Virus record (IMG/VR): IMGVR_UViG_3300041405_000195
Coordinates: 1 to 35,892 of that record
Source of the DNA: a virus
Direction: 5' to 3' (one strand)
DNA length: 35,892 nucleotides
This document shows positions 15,707-24,454 of the stretch, piece by piece (the stretch's first letter is position 1; every line of letters starts with the position of its first letter). The translations under genes were made by a program, and so were the position numbers. The notes below the pieces were generated by a model that had not been told where the DNA came from, made no database searches, and saw only the letters and a program-made list of their open reading frames with translations.

Positions 15707-15779
15707 AGCTCCATCGCTACCCGCCCGCGCGCGCGCGCGTCACCCTGCGCAGAACCTAACTCCTGCGCAGGAATGACCC

Positions 15780-16970
15780 ATGCCAACTAGTTACCACCAC
15801 GGCGTCCGCGTCCTCGAAATCAACGAGGGCACCCGTCCGATCCGTACCATTTCCACTGCGGTCATCGGCATGGTCTGTACCGCCAGCGACGCCGACGCCG
15901 CCGTGTTCCCGCTCGACACCCCGGTACTGCTCACCGACGTGCTCAGCGCCATCGGTAGCGCCGGCGTGCTCGGCACCCTGGCCAAGTCCCTAGACGCCAT
16001 CGCCGACAACGCCAGTCCCTTCACCATCGTCGTGCGTGTGGCCGATGGCGATGGCATCGACGATGCCGCCAAGGCCGCCGACCAGACCAGCAAAATCATC
16101 GGCACCGTCACCGCCGAGGGTAAGTACACCGGCCTCAAGGCCCTGCTCGCCGCCAAGGCCAAGGTCAGCGTTACCCCGCGCATCCTCGGCGTGCCCGGGC
16201 TGGATTCCCTGCCGGTCGCCACCGAGCTGGTCGCTGTCGCCCAACAGCTGCGCGCCTTCGCCTACGTCTCGGCGTGGGAGTGCGCCACCAAGGAAGAGGC
16301 CGTCGCCTACCGCGAAAACTTCGGCGCCCGTGAGGTCATGGTCATCTGGCCCGACTTCATCAGCTGGGACACAACCGCCAATGCCGCTGCAGCTGCCCCC
16401 GCCACTGCCCGCGCCCTCGGCCTGCGCGCCAAGCTCGACCAGCAAGTGGGCTGGCACAAGACCCTGTCCAACATCCCGGTCAACGGCGTCACCGGCATCA
16501 GCCGCGACGTGTTCTGGGATCTGCAAAACCCCGCCACCGACGCCGGCTACCTCAACGCCAATGAGGTCACCACCCTCATCCAGGAGGGCGGCTTTCGCTT
16601 CTGGGGCTCGCGCACCTGCGCGGATGACCCGCTGTTCGCCTTCGAGAACTACACCCGCACCGCCCAGGTACTCGCCGACACCATCGCCGAGGCGCACCTG
16701 TGGGCCATCGACAAGCCCATGCACCCGTCCCTGGTGCGCGACATCCTCGAAGGCATCAACGCCAAGTTCCGCGAGCTCAAGGCCCTCGGCCTGATCGTCG
16801 ACGCCAACGCCTGGTACGACGAAGCGGCCAACAGCGCCACCACCCTCAAGGACGGCAAGTTGTATCTCGACTACGACTACACCCCCGTGCCGCCGCTGGA
16901 GAACTTGCAACTGCGCCAGCGCATCACCGACCGCTACCTGGTCGACTTCGCCGCCCGCATTTCCGGCTAA
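15780..16970 (+). CDS. FI: Tail sheath protein FI
   Basis: 396 aa, the same length as P2 FI, syntenic. Confidence 0.92.
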   Translation: MPTSYHHGVRVLEINEGTRPIRTISTAVIGMVCTASDADAAVFPLDTPVLLTDVLSAIGSAGVLGTLAKSLDAIADNASPFTIVVRVADGDGIDDAAKAADQTSKIIGTVTAEGKYTGLKALLAAKAKVSVTPRILGVPGLDSLPVATELVAVAQQLRAFAYVSAWECATKEEAVAYRENFGAREVMVIWPDFISWDTTANAAAAAPATARALGLRAKLDQQVGWHKTLSNIPVNGVTGISRDVFWDLQNPATDAGYLNANEVTTLIQEGGFRFWGSRTCADDPLFAFENYTRTAQVLADTIAEAHLWAIDKPMHPSLVRDILEGINAKFRELKALGLIVDANAWYDEAANSATTLKDGKLYLDYDYTPVPPLENLQLRQRITDRYLVDFAARISG

Positions 16971-17024
16971 TCCCGCCGCCCCGCCCAGCGCGGGGCCTGC
17001 CCACTGCATCCAGGAGCACGCCCA

Positions 17025-17540
17025 ATGGCCATGCCTCGCAAACTGAAAAACATGAACTTGTTCAACGACGGCCAGAGCTACATGGGCGTCTGCAAGTCCG
17101 TCACCCTGCCCAACCTCACCCGCAAGATGGAAGCCTGGCGCGGCGGCGGCATGGACGGCGCCGTCAAGGCCGATCTGGGCATGGGCGACGATGGCATCCA
17201 GCTCGAATGGACTCTCGGCGGCTGGGACTTAACCGTCATCCGCCAGTACGGCATCACCACCGCTGCCGGCGTGCTGCTGCGCTGGGCCGGCGCCGTACAG
17301 CGTGACGACACCGGCGAAGTCACCGCCGTAGAAGTGGTCGTGCGCGGCCGCCACGAAGAAATCAGCCTGGGCGATTCCGAAGCCGGCGAAGACACCGAGC
17401 ACAGCGTCACCACCACCTGCAGCTACTACAAGCTCACCGTAGACGGCAACGTCGAGATCGAGATCGATCTGCTCAACTTCATCTTCCTGGTCAACGGCAA
17501 AGACCTGCTCGAAGAGCAGCGCAAAGCCATCGGCCTGTAA
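17025..17540 (+). CDS. FII: Tail tube protein FII
   Basis: 171 aa against 172 aa for P2 FII. Confidence 0.92.
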   Translation: MAMPRKLKNMNLFNDGQSYMGVCKSVTLPNLTRKMEAWRGGGMDGAVKADLGMGDDGIQLEWTLGGWDLTVIRQYGITTAAGVLLRWAGAVQRDDTGEVTAVEVVVRGRHEEISLGDSEAGEDTEHSVTTTCSYYKLTVDGNVEIEIDLLNFIFLVNGKDLLEEQRKAIGL

Positions 17541-17572
17541 CCCACACGGCCGGCGCATAGCCGGGCAACCCC

Positions 17573-17926
17573 ATGCAAAGGAGCCACACCATGAATACCC
17601 CCGACACCGTCCAAGCCGCACCCAGCAAAAACCCCAACGAAGAAACCGTTGTCCTGGACGGCCACATCGTCCGCGGCGAACAGATCATCGACAGCGTCAC
17701 CCTGCGCAAACCCATGTCCGGCGAACTGCGCGGCGTGTCCCTGGTCGAGCTGATGAACCTCGACGTCAGTGCCCTGCGCAAGGTCCTGCCGCGCATCACC
17801 AGCCCGGCCCTCACCGACATCGAGATCGGCCGCATGGACCCCGCCGACCTGGTGCAGTGCGGCGTCGCGGTGGCGGGTTTTTTGTTGCAGAAGTCGGCGA
17901 AAGCGGAAGCATCCCTCGTCGCGTAG
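17573..17926 (+). CDS. E: Tail assembly chaperone E
   Basis: Syntenic ORF before the tape measure. It contains the slippery heptamer near its 3' end. Confidence 0.85.
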   Translation: MQRSHTMNTPDTVQAAPSKNPNEETVVLDGHIVRGEQIIDSVTLRKPMSGELRGVSLVELMNLDVSALRKVLPRITSPALTDIEIGRMDPADLVQCGVAVAGFLLQKSAKAEASLVA

Positions 17927-18057
17927 AAGACGCCATGGCGGATCTCGCCATGGTCTTTCACTGGGCCCCAGCGGACATGGATCCGCTGAGCCTCACCGAC
18001 CTGATGGAATGGCGCGAGCGCGCCCGTAAACGACTAGAGGCCAAGCATGGCGCGTGA
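17573..18057 (+). CDS. Tail assembly chaperone E+E' (-1 programmed frameshift product: 17573-17884 joined to 17884-18057)
   Basis: T TTT TTG (17878-17884) is in the zero frame (ggT TTT TTG). The -1 frame stays open to 18057 and encodes ...MADLAMVFHWAPADMDPLSLTDLMEWRERA, the GpE-family signature. Confidence 0.8.
17878..17884 (+). promoter_or_regulatory. Slippery heptamer TTTTTTG for the E/E+E' frameshift
   Basis: The heptamer phase was checked against the E start (17573). Confidence 0.8.
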
Positions 18058-20770
18058 TTTGAAGCTGCAGGTGGTCCTGGCCGCCATCGACAAGGCCACC
18101 AGCCCGATCAAATCCATCATGCAAGGCAGCATTGGCCTGGCCCGCACCCTCAAGAGCACCCGCGACACGCTCAAGGGGCTGCAGGCCCAGCAAAGCAACA
18201 TCAGCAGCTTCAAGACCCTCAAGGGCGCCACCGAGCAAACCAGCCAGGCCATGCAGGCCAACCGCGACAAGCTCAAGCAGCTCTCCCAGCAACTGGCCAA
18301 CACCGCCAACCCGACCAAGGCGCTCAGCGCCGAATTCCAGCGCGCCGCGCGCCAGGGCCATGCCCTCAAGCAAAAGCACGGCGAGCAGCAACGCGAGCTG
18401 CAAGGCCTGCGCGGCAAGCTCAACGCCGCCGGCATCAGCACCCGTAATCTCGGCCAGCACGAACGCGAGCTGCGCCAGAAGATCACCCAGACCAACCAGT
18501 CCCTCAGCCAGCAGGAGAGCCGCCTCAAGCGCGTCACCCAGCAGCAACAGCGCCTGGCCAAGGCCAAGCAGCAGTACGAAAAAACCCAGAGCCTGGCCGG
18601 TAGCATGGCCGGCAGCGGCGCGGCAGGCCTGGCCACCGGCAGCGGCATCCTCTACGCCGGCGCGCGGATGATGGCGCCCGGCCTGGAGTTCGACGCGCAA
18701 ATGAGCCAGGTGCAATCGCTCACCCGCCAGGACAAAGACTCGGCCGACATGCAGGCCCTGCGCGCCCAGGCCCGCGAGCTAGGCGGCAGCACCCAGTTCA
18801 CCGCCGGCGAGGCGGCAGGCGCCCAGGGCTTCCTGGCCATGTCTGGCTTTACGCCGGCGGCGATCAAGGCGGCCATGCCCGGCATGCTCGACTTGGCCAA
18901 GGCCGGCGGGGCTGAACTGGCCGAGACGGCAGACATCGCCTCCAACATCCTCACCGGCTTCGGCGTGGGCGCCGACCAGATGTCGCGCGTGGGTGACATC
19001 CTGGTCGGCACCTTCACCCGCTCCAACGTCAACCTGGCCATGCTCGGCGAAACCATGAAATACGTCGCCCCGGTAGCCGCCTCGGTCGGGCAAGACATCG
19101 AGACTGTCGCCGCCATGGCCGGCAAGCTGGGCGACGCGGGCATCCAGGGCAGCATGGGCGGTACCGCACTGAGGGCAATCCTCGGCCGCCTCTCCGCCCC
19201 GCCCAAGGCTGCGGCCGAGGCGCTGGATAAACTGGGCATCAGCGCCAAGGACGCCAGCGGCAACATGCGCGACGTGCCAACCGTGCTCGCCGAGATCTAC
19301 GAAAAAACCAAACACATGGGCGACGCCGATCGCGCCGGCCTGCTCAAAGGCATTGCCGGTGAGGAGGCCGTCAGCGGCCTGCAGGTACTGGTCAAGCAGG
19401 CGGGCACCGGCGGCCTGCAAGAGTTCGTCCGCACCCTCAAGCAGACCGAAGGCGAGGCCAGCAAAACCGCACGCGTCATGGCCGACAACATGAAGGGCGA
19501 CCTCTCGGGCCTGGGCAGCGCCTGGGAAGATCTCGGCATCCAACTGCAGGAACAACAGAACGGCCCCATGCGCGAAATCACCCAGAGCCTAACCGGGGTT
19601 ATCCGCGGCGTAAGAGGCTGGATCGCCGAGAACCCTGAGCTGGCCGGACAAATCGTCAAAACCGCCGCAGGGCTTGGCATCCTCATGGCTGTCATGGGCG
19701 GCCTCACCCTGGCCCTGGCCAGCATCCTCGGCCCGTTCGCCATGGTCCGTTACGGCATGGCTCTGTTCGGCATCAAGGGCACAGGGCTGGCCGCCACCCT
19801 GGGCCGCCTTGGCAAAGCCGCCCTGCCTCTGGTGGCCAAGGGCATCCTGTTCATCGGCCGCGCGCTGATGATGAACCCCATCGGCCTGGCCATCACTGCC
19901 ATCGCCGCGGCGGCCTTCCTCATCTACACCTACTGGGAGCCGATCAAGGCCTTCTTCGGCGGCCTCTGGGCGCAAATCAAAACGGCCTTTGCCGGCGGCA
20001 TCGGCGGCGTGGCCGCCCTGCTGCTCAACTGGTCACCCCTGGGCCTGTTCTACCAGGCATTCGCCGGCGTGATGAGCTACTTCGGCGTTGAGCTACCGGG
20101 CAAATTTAGCGACTTCGGCGGTATGCTCATCAGTGGCCTGGTCAGCGGCATCACCAACGCCATGGGCAGCGTCAAAACCGCCATCACCGGCGCGGGTGAA
20201 TCCACCATCGGATGGTTCAAGGACAAGCTCGGCATCCATTCGCCTTCGCGCGTATTCGCCGAGCTGGGCGGCTTCACCATGGCCGGCCTTACCCAGGGCC
20301 TAGCCGGCGGCGAAGACGGCCCTCTCAGCCAGTTGGGCGGCTTCGCCAAGCGCATGACCCAGGCCGGCTCCCTGGCCCTGGGCATAGGCGCTGCAGCCAT
20401 GCCCTACCTGGCCGAGATGCAGCCAGCCCAGCAGCAAATCGACCAGGTGCTGCAACCTGCCGCGGTGCCGGCCCTAGTGAATATTCCAGAACTGCCAGAA
20501 CTGATCCAGCGGGTGCGGGTGGTTGTGGACAAGCCACCGGCATTGGCCCAGCTCACGACAGAAAGCTCGCTGAGCATCGACAACCGCCCGCCCCTGAGCG
20601 CCAACGCCGGGGCAGGTGTGAGCATCGGCGGCGATACCTACCACATCACCATCCAGGCCGCGCCGGGTGGCAACGCCAGCGACCTGGCCCAGCAAATCAG
20701 CCGCATTCTCGACGAGCGTGATCGCAGCAAAGCCGCGCGCATCCGCTCGCGCCTGCACGACCAGGAGTAA
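18047..20770 (+). CDS. T: Tape measure protein T
   Basis: 907 aa. It has an N-terminal coiled-coil region, a Gly/Ala-rich hydrophobic middle, and is syntenic. Confidence 0.92.
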   Translation: MARDLKLQVVLAAIDKATSPIKSIMQGSIGLARTLKSTRDTLKGLQAQQSNISSFKTLKGATEQTSQAMQANRDKLKQLSQQLANTANPTKALSAEFQRAARQGHALKQKHGEQQRELQGLRGKLNAAGISTRNLGQHERELRQKITQTNQSLSQQESRLKRVTQQQQRLAKAKQQYEKTQSLAGSMAGSGAAGLATGSGILYAGARMMAPGLEFDAQMSQVQSLTRQDKDSADMQALRAQARELGGSTQFTAGEAAGAQGFLAMSGFTPAAIKAAMPGMLDLAKAGGAELAETADIASNILTGFGVGADQMSRVGDILVGTFTRSNVNLAMLGETMKYVAPVAASVGQDIETVAAMAGKLGDAGIQGSMGGTALRAILGRLSAPPKAAAEALDKLGISAKDASGNMRDVPTVLAEIYEKTKHMGDADRAGLLKGIAGEEAVSGLQVLVKQAGTGGLQEFVRTLKQTEGEASKTARVMADNMKGDLSGLGSAWEDLGIQLQEQQNGPMREITQSLTGVIRGVRGWIAENPELAGQIVKTAAGLGILMAVMGGLTLALASILGPFAMVRYGMALFGIKGTGLAATLGRLGKAALPLVAKGILFIGRALMMNPIGLAITAIAAAAFLIYTYWEPIKAFFGGLWAQIKTAFAGGIGGVAALLLNWSPLGLFYQAFAGVMSYFGVELPGKFSDFGGMLISGLVSGITNAMGSVKTAITGAGESTIGWFKDKLGIHSPSRVFAELGGFTMAGLTQGLAGGEDGPLSQLGGFAKRMTQAGSLALGIGAAAMPYLAEMQPAQQQIDQVLQPAAVPALVNIPELPELIQRVRVVVDKPPALAQLTTESSLSIDNRPPLSANAGAGVSIGGDTYHITIQAAPGGNASDLAQQISRILDERDRSKAARIRSRLHDQE

Positions 20771-20776
20771 AAACCC

Positions 20777-21217
20777 ATGATGATGGCACTCGGCATGTTC
20801 GTCTTCGGCATGCACACCCTCGCCTACCAGGAGCTGCAACGGCAAACCGACTGGCGCCACGGCAGCACCTCGCGCATCGGCACCAACCCGGCGCGGCAGT
20901 TCATGGGCAAAGGCGAGGACGCCATCACCCTGCCCGGCGTGCTGCTCGCCGAAATCGCCGGCAGCCAGCTCAGCCTCGATGTCATCCGGCAAATGGCCGA
21001 CACCGGCAAGGCCTGGCCGTTGATCGAGGGCAGCGGGCGCATCTACGGCCTCTGGGTGATCGAATCCTTGAGCGAAACACGTACCCTGTTCTTCAGCGAC
21101 GGCGCCGCGCGGCGTATCGAGTTCACCATTAGCCTCAAGCGCATCGACGACGGCCGGGTGGATCTGCTCGGCAGCCTCACCGGCACCCTCGGCAACCTGA
21201 TCAGGCGCGTACTGTGA
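20777..21217 (+). CDS. U: Tail protein U
   Basis: 146 aa, syntenic. Confidence 0.88.
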   Translation: MMMALGMFVFGMHTLAYQELQRQTDWRHGSTSRIGTNPARQFMGKGEDAITLPGVLLAEIAGSQLSLDVIRQMADTGKAWPLIEGSGRIYGLWVIESLSETRTLFFSDGAARRIEFTISLKRIDDGRVDLLGSLTGTLGNLIRRVL

Positions 21218-22488
21218 TTGACCAACTGCTCAGCCGTGCCAACGGCCTGCTGCAGGGCGCAGCAGACAGCTACCGGCAACAGGCCAGCTACGCCCGGCCG
21301 ATCTGCCGCGTGCTGGTCGACGGCCGCGACATCACCGCCGCCATCGAGCAGCGCCTGGTCAGCATCACCCTCACCGATAACCGCGGGCTGGAGGCCGACA
21401 CCCTCGACATCCAGCTCAGCGACCACGACGGCCTGCTGGCCATCCCCCCGCACGGCGCCAGCGTGCGCCTCTGGCTCGGCTGGAGCGACACCGGCCTCAC
21501 CGACAAGGGCAGCTACACGGTGGACGAAACCGAGCACAGCGGCGCGCCCGACGTGCTCAGCATCCGCGCCCGCAGCGCCGACTTGCGCGAGGGCCTCAAA
21601 AGCAAACGCGAGCGCAGCTGGCACGCCGCCACCCTGGGCGACGTCATCAGCAGCCTGGCCGCTAGTAACGGCCTGCAAGCCCTCATCGCTCCAGTGCTGG
21701 CCGCCATCGGCCTGGCGCACCTCGACCAAGCCAACGAGTCCGACGCCAACCTGCTCGCTCGCCTGGGCGATCAGCATGACGCTATCGCCACCGTCAAAGC
21801 CGGGCGCCTGCTATTCATGCCCGCCGGCAAAAGCACCAGCGCCAGCGGCCTACCCCTGCCGCACATCACTCTCACCCGCCAGGACGGCGACCAGCACCGC
21901 TACCTGCAAGCAGACCGCGACAGCTACAGCGGCGTGCGCGCCTACTACTACGAGGTTAATAGCGCCGAGAAAAAGTCCGCCATCGCAGGCACAGGCGACA
22001 ACCTCAAGGATCTGCGCCACACCTACACCGACCAAGGCAGCGCCCTCAACGCTGCCCGCGCCGAATGGAGCCGCCTGCAGCGCGGCAGTGCCACCCTCAG
22101 CTACACCCTGGCCAAAGGCCGCCCGGAACTCATTCCCGAGCTGACCTACTCCCTGCACGGCATCAAGGCGGAAATCGGCGCGATCATCTGGCTCGGCGCC
22201 AACATCAACCACAGCTTCACCCCCGAGGCCTACACCACCAGCCTGGAACTGGAATCCAAACTGCCCGACGCCGAGGACCTGGCCGAGTTGGCCGACGACA
22301 GCGGCGACCACACCGGCATCCTCGCCTGGTACCGCGAAGAGCAAACCGCCGAGCAACGCAAGCTCACCGCCGGCGACCAGGCCAACCCCAAACGCCTAAC
22401 CCACCTCTACGCCGACAAAAGCGGCGCACAGCGGGCAGTGGATCGGGAGTGGTCTAAACTAACCAAAAATAACTTACCTAAGAGTTAA
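21214..22488 (+). CDS. D: Late control / tail protein D
   Basis: 424 aa with a GTGA overlap with U. The last roughly 20 nt already have the low GC of the following insert. Confidence 0.88.
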   Translation: MIDQLLSRANGLLQGAADSYRQQASYARPICRVLVDGRDITAAIEQRLVSITLTDNRGLEADTLDIQLSDHDGLLAIPPHGASVRLWLGWSDTGLTDKGSYTVDETEHSGAPDVLSIRARSADLREGLKSKRERSWHAATLGDVISSLAASNGLQALIAPVLAAIGLAHLDQANESDANLLARLGDQHDAIATVKAGRLLFMPAGKSTSASGLPLPHITLTRQDGDQHRYLQADRDSYSGVRAYYYEVNSAEKKSAIAGTGDNLKDLRHTYTDQGSALNAARAEWSRLQRGSATLSYTLAKGRPELIPELTYSLHGIKAEIGAIIWLGANINHSFTPEAYTTSLELESKLPDAEDLAELADDSGDHTGILAWYREEQTAEQRKLTAGDQANPKRLTHLYADKSGAQRAVDREWSKLTKNNLPKS

Positions 22489-22535
22489 GTGATCTGTTTC
22501 TATTACCCAGTTCCCCACATCAAAGGTACAAGCAT

Positions 22536-23345
22536 ATGACGCATCCTCTAGACGGCTGCCAAGCCAAACTTGAAAGAGCTCACGAAAGCATTATTTCTCT
22601 AGAAATCGAAATTCAAAAACACCTTAAAGAGTCCCCCCTTCCTAAAGTGATAGGTGCTTTCAAGCCTGACGGATTAATTTATGAATTCACCGCTTACGGC
22701 GGACCACTCACACCACTACGATTCCAGGTAATAACCGGAGAAATAATTCATCAACTTCGCTCTTGCTTGGATCATTTGGTTTATGCGCTGGTGATCCATA
22801 ACGGCAATAAACCAAGCACAGAAAACCAATTCCCAATTTTCAGCAAAGAATCTGACTTTAAGTCGCGACTAAAGGGAAAACTTCAGGGCATCTCGCATAC
22901 TGCTGTTGAAAAAATCACTGGAATGCAGCCCTTCAGGCAACAGATCCCTAATGACTCAACATTAAAAGTTGTTTCAGATTTAAACAATCAAGACAAGCAC
23001 AATCTATTAATCGTTGTCGCGGCGGCTGCAATTCTAAAGAAAGAAATTATAATTGATACCGATACAGAAATCGCAAAGCGACTTGATAGAGAGGGCCAAG
23101 AGGTTAAAATAGTAAATTTCATTTCCACAGATCCTTTGAAGAAAAAACTGACCGATGAAGGAACAGTATTCTTTTCAATCCAGCTTGCCGAGCCCGCACC
23201 AGAATTTGTTGCAAGAGCTGACGTCGCCCCATTTTTCGCCCTTGAGAAATGCGGGAGTCTAGAACTCCCCAACCTAACAAAGCTACTAATGCACCTACAC
23301 ACGGGAATTAAACAAACATTAGATCAATTCCACAGCGACTTCTAA
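22536..23345 (+). CDS. Low-GC 269-aa moron protein of unknown family (R-x4-H motif; defence candidate)
   Basis: Clean ORF with AAAGG about 10 nt upstream. Hand counts of two 60-nt lines give 40-43% GC, against clearly GC-rich flanks. It carries the motifs IIHQLRSCLDHLVYAL and NNQDKHNLL. Confidence 0.75.
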   Translation: MTHPLDGCQAKLERAHESIISLEIEIQKHLKESPLPKVIGAFKPDGLIYEFTAYGGPLTPLRFQVITGEIIHQLRSCLDHLVYALVIHNGNKPSTENQFPIFSKESDFKSRLKGKLQGISHTAVEKITGMQPFRQQIPNDSTLKVVSDLNNQDKHNLLIVVAAAAILKKEIIIDTDTEIAKRLDREGQEVKIVNFISTDPLKKKLTDEGTVFFSIQLAEPAPEFVARADVAPFFALEKCGSLELPNLTKLLMHLHTGIKQTLDQFHSDF

Positions 23346-23606
23346 CGAGTAATATTTTGGAAACGTCGACTGGCGCATGTACACCGACTAGACTTTCTTA
23401 TGTTGGGACTCATGTTGAACGGGATGTGATGCCCTCGCGAAGGGCTTCGCCCATGCGTTCGGGAGCCACTTCGCCGCTGATGGTTAGCAGGATCGATCGT
23501 CTATGCGGCGAGTGAATTTCAGTAGGTAGCGGGTGTTCTTGCGTAGGCGGAAGCATCAGCTAACTGTGATGCCACATACACCATAGCCTAAAGTCGAACT
23601 CCGACG

Positions 23607-23633
23607 AAAACCCCAGCACTAGGTCGGGGTTTT
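23607..23633. terminator. Bidirectional terminator between the moron and the lysogeny operon
   Basis: The stem is AAAACCCC paired with GGGGTTTT around an 11-nt loop. A-runs and T-runs are present on both sides. Confidence 0.65.
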
Positions 23634-23642
23634 CATCTTTCC

Positions 23643-23759
23643 TTATTTAGCTGACTGCGCGTACGCCTCCGATATCCGCAGGATGTCCCCCCGCTGCCGC
23701 TTGCTCAAAGAGCAATAAAGCCTGATCAGGCGTACCAGGTCGGTAAGGTTGCTAAACAT
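23643..23759 (-). CDS. 38-codon ORF (MFSNLTDLVRLIRLYCSLSKRQRGDILRISEAYAQSAK)
   Basis: It was not in the ORF track because it is under 60 aa. GGAG lies 6 nt upstream of the ATG, and the stop is 10 nt before the terminator. Confidence 0.4.
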   Translation of the reverse strand: MFSNLTDLVRLIRLYCSLSKRQRGDILRISEAYAQSAK

Positions 23760-23885
23760 GCTGCACTCCAGTCCATTTCCATGTGACGGGCGCCCGGTGC
23801 CAAACCAGCACCGTCTAAAACGCCCGGGAGCGTTCCATTGTCAGCATGTGGCAACGTGCCACCAGCGCAACCCCTTAAAATGTAA

Positions 23886-24128
23886 CTATTGAGTCGCGGC
23901 AGGCTGGCCGGTGATGACAAACCACACGTCAACATCGCTACGCGCATTCAGCGCCTGCAGGTAATCAACCGGGATTGGCTTGTTGCCTGACTCATAGTAG
24001 CGCTGGGTGGCATCCGGGCGGCCGGCCAGGTGGGCCAGTTCGTGTACCTCCAGCCCCAGCCGCTCACGCTCTGCGCGCAGGCGCGCGCCGAAGGCCATGT
24101 CGTCGTCGAGATCGATCAGTCCTGGCAC
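23886..24128 (-). CDS. XRE-family HTH protein, paralogue of the repressor N-terminal domain
   Basis: 80 aa with a GTG start and GAGGG 8 nt upstream. FGARLRAERERLGL...VDVWFVITG parallels GERLREERDRLGL...VDVHYVLTG in the repressor. Confidence 0.75.
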   Translation of the reverse strand: MPGLIDLDDDMAFGARLRAERERLGLEVHELAHLAGRPDATQRYYESGNKPIPVDYLQALNARSDVDVWFVITGQPAATQ

Positions 24129-24454
24129 AGCGCAAGCCCTCGCTCGATAAGTGGCGCCACACTGAGCTTGGCATCCGGTGCCGCTGGGTCATCCCGCCAG
24201 ATCGGCGCCAGCGGCTCCAGAGCCAGACGCGCGGCCTTAGCGTTGGCAGTGCCGTTGAGCGGGTACATCCGTCCGCTTTCCGGATCTGAGGCCACCACCG
24301 CGCCGCCATCCAGACACAGCAGGTGCACCTCATCGAGCGTAAGCGGCCAGTCAGAGCCATAGGCGGCGGCATCCAGCAACTCGATTTTCCCAGCATTGAC
24401 GCCCTGGCTGATGATGGCTGCCAGCGCCATAGATGCGGTGAAAATTCCTTTCAA
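24116..24454 (-). CDS. Secreted YebY/DUF2511-like protein, translationally coupled to the repressor
   Basis: The TTG start at 24454 overlaps the repressor TGA (TTGA), with AGGAGAGG 4 nt upstream. The N-terminus MKGIFTASMALAAIISQGVNA-GK looks like a Sec signal. The mature part resembles E. coli YebY, including two Cys (LLCLDGG, LALCQD). Confidence 0.65.
   Translation of the reverse strand: MKGIFTASMALAAIISQGVNAGKIELLDAAAYGSDWPLTLDEVHLLCLDGGAVVASDPESGRMYPLNGTANAKAARLALEPLAPIWRDDPAAPDAKLSVAPLIERGLALCQD

Noticed and set aside
15727-15740. Alternating CG run (cgcgcgcgcgcgcg) considered as a Z-DNA or slippage element.
   Set aside because: It is short and plausible by chance at this GC content, and I can show no associated phase-variable ORF.
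15632-15779. The G-to-FI gap, the position of the P2 Z/fun cargo hotspot, checked for hidden cargo.
   Set aside because: The gap is only 148 nt and is fully accounted for by a terminator, the late-promoter dyad, a (CG)n run and the FI leader. The hotspot is empty in this phage.
22474-22529. TTACCT (22474-22479), TTACCC (22503-22508) and AAGGTAC (22523-22529) before the moron, considered as a second cluster of the AAGGTAAT boxes (crr-like).
   Set aside because: Only 6-7-nt partial matches occur, in AT-rich DNA where they are expected by chance. The last one is more simply the moron RBS.
23410-23556. 48-codon minus-strand ORF (MLPPTQEHPLPTEIHSPHRRSILLTISGEVAPERMGEALREGITSRST) in the GC-richer patch after the moron. 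It could be a gene remnant.
   Set aside because: It has no RBS and no recognisable family, and it is too short to judge. It may be a relic of whatever occupied this locus before, but I cannot support calling it a pseudogene.
23760-23885. Small hairpins (GTGGCA-ACG-TGCCAC; CGGTGC-N7-GCACCG; ACGC-N6-GCGT followed by TTTT on the minus strand) between the second HTH gene and the 38-codon ORF, considered as an sRNA or internal terminator.
   Set aside because: The stems are only 4-6 bp with weak T-runs. I cannot distinguish them from background in GC-rich DNA without expression data.
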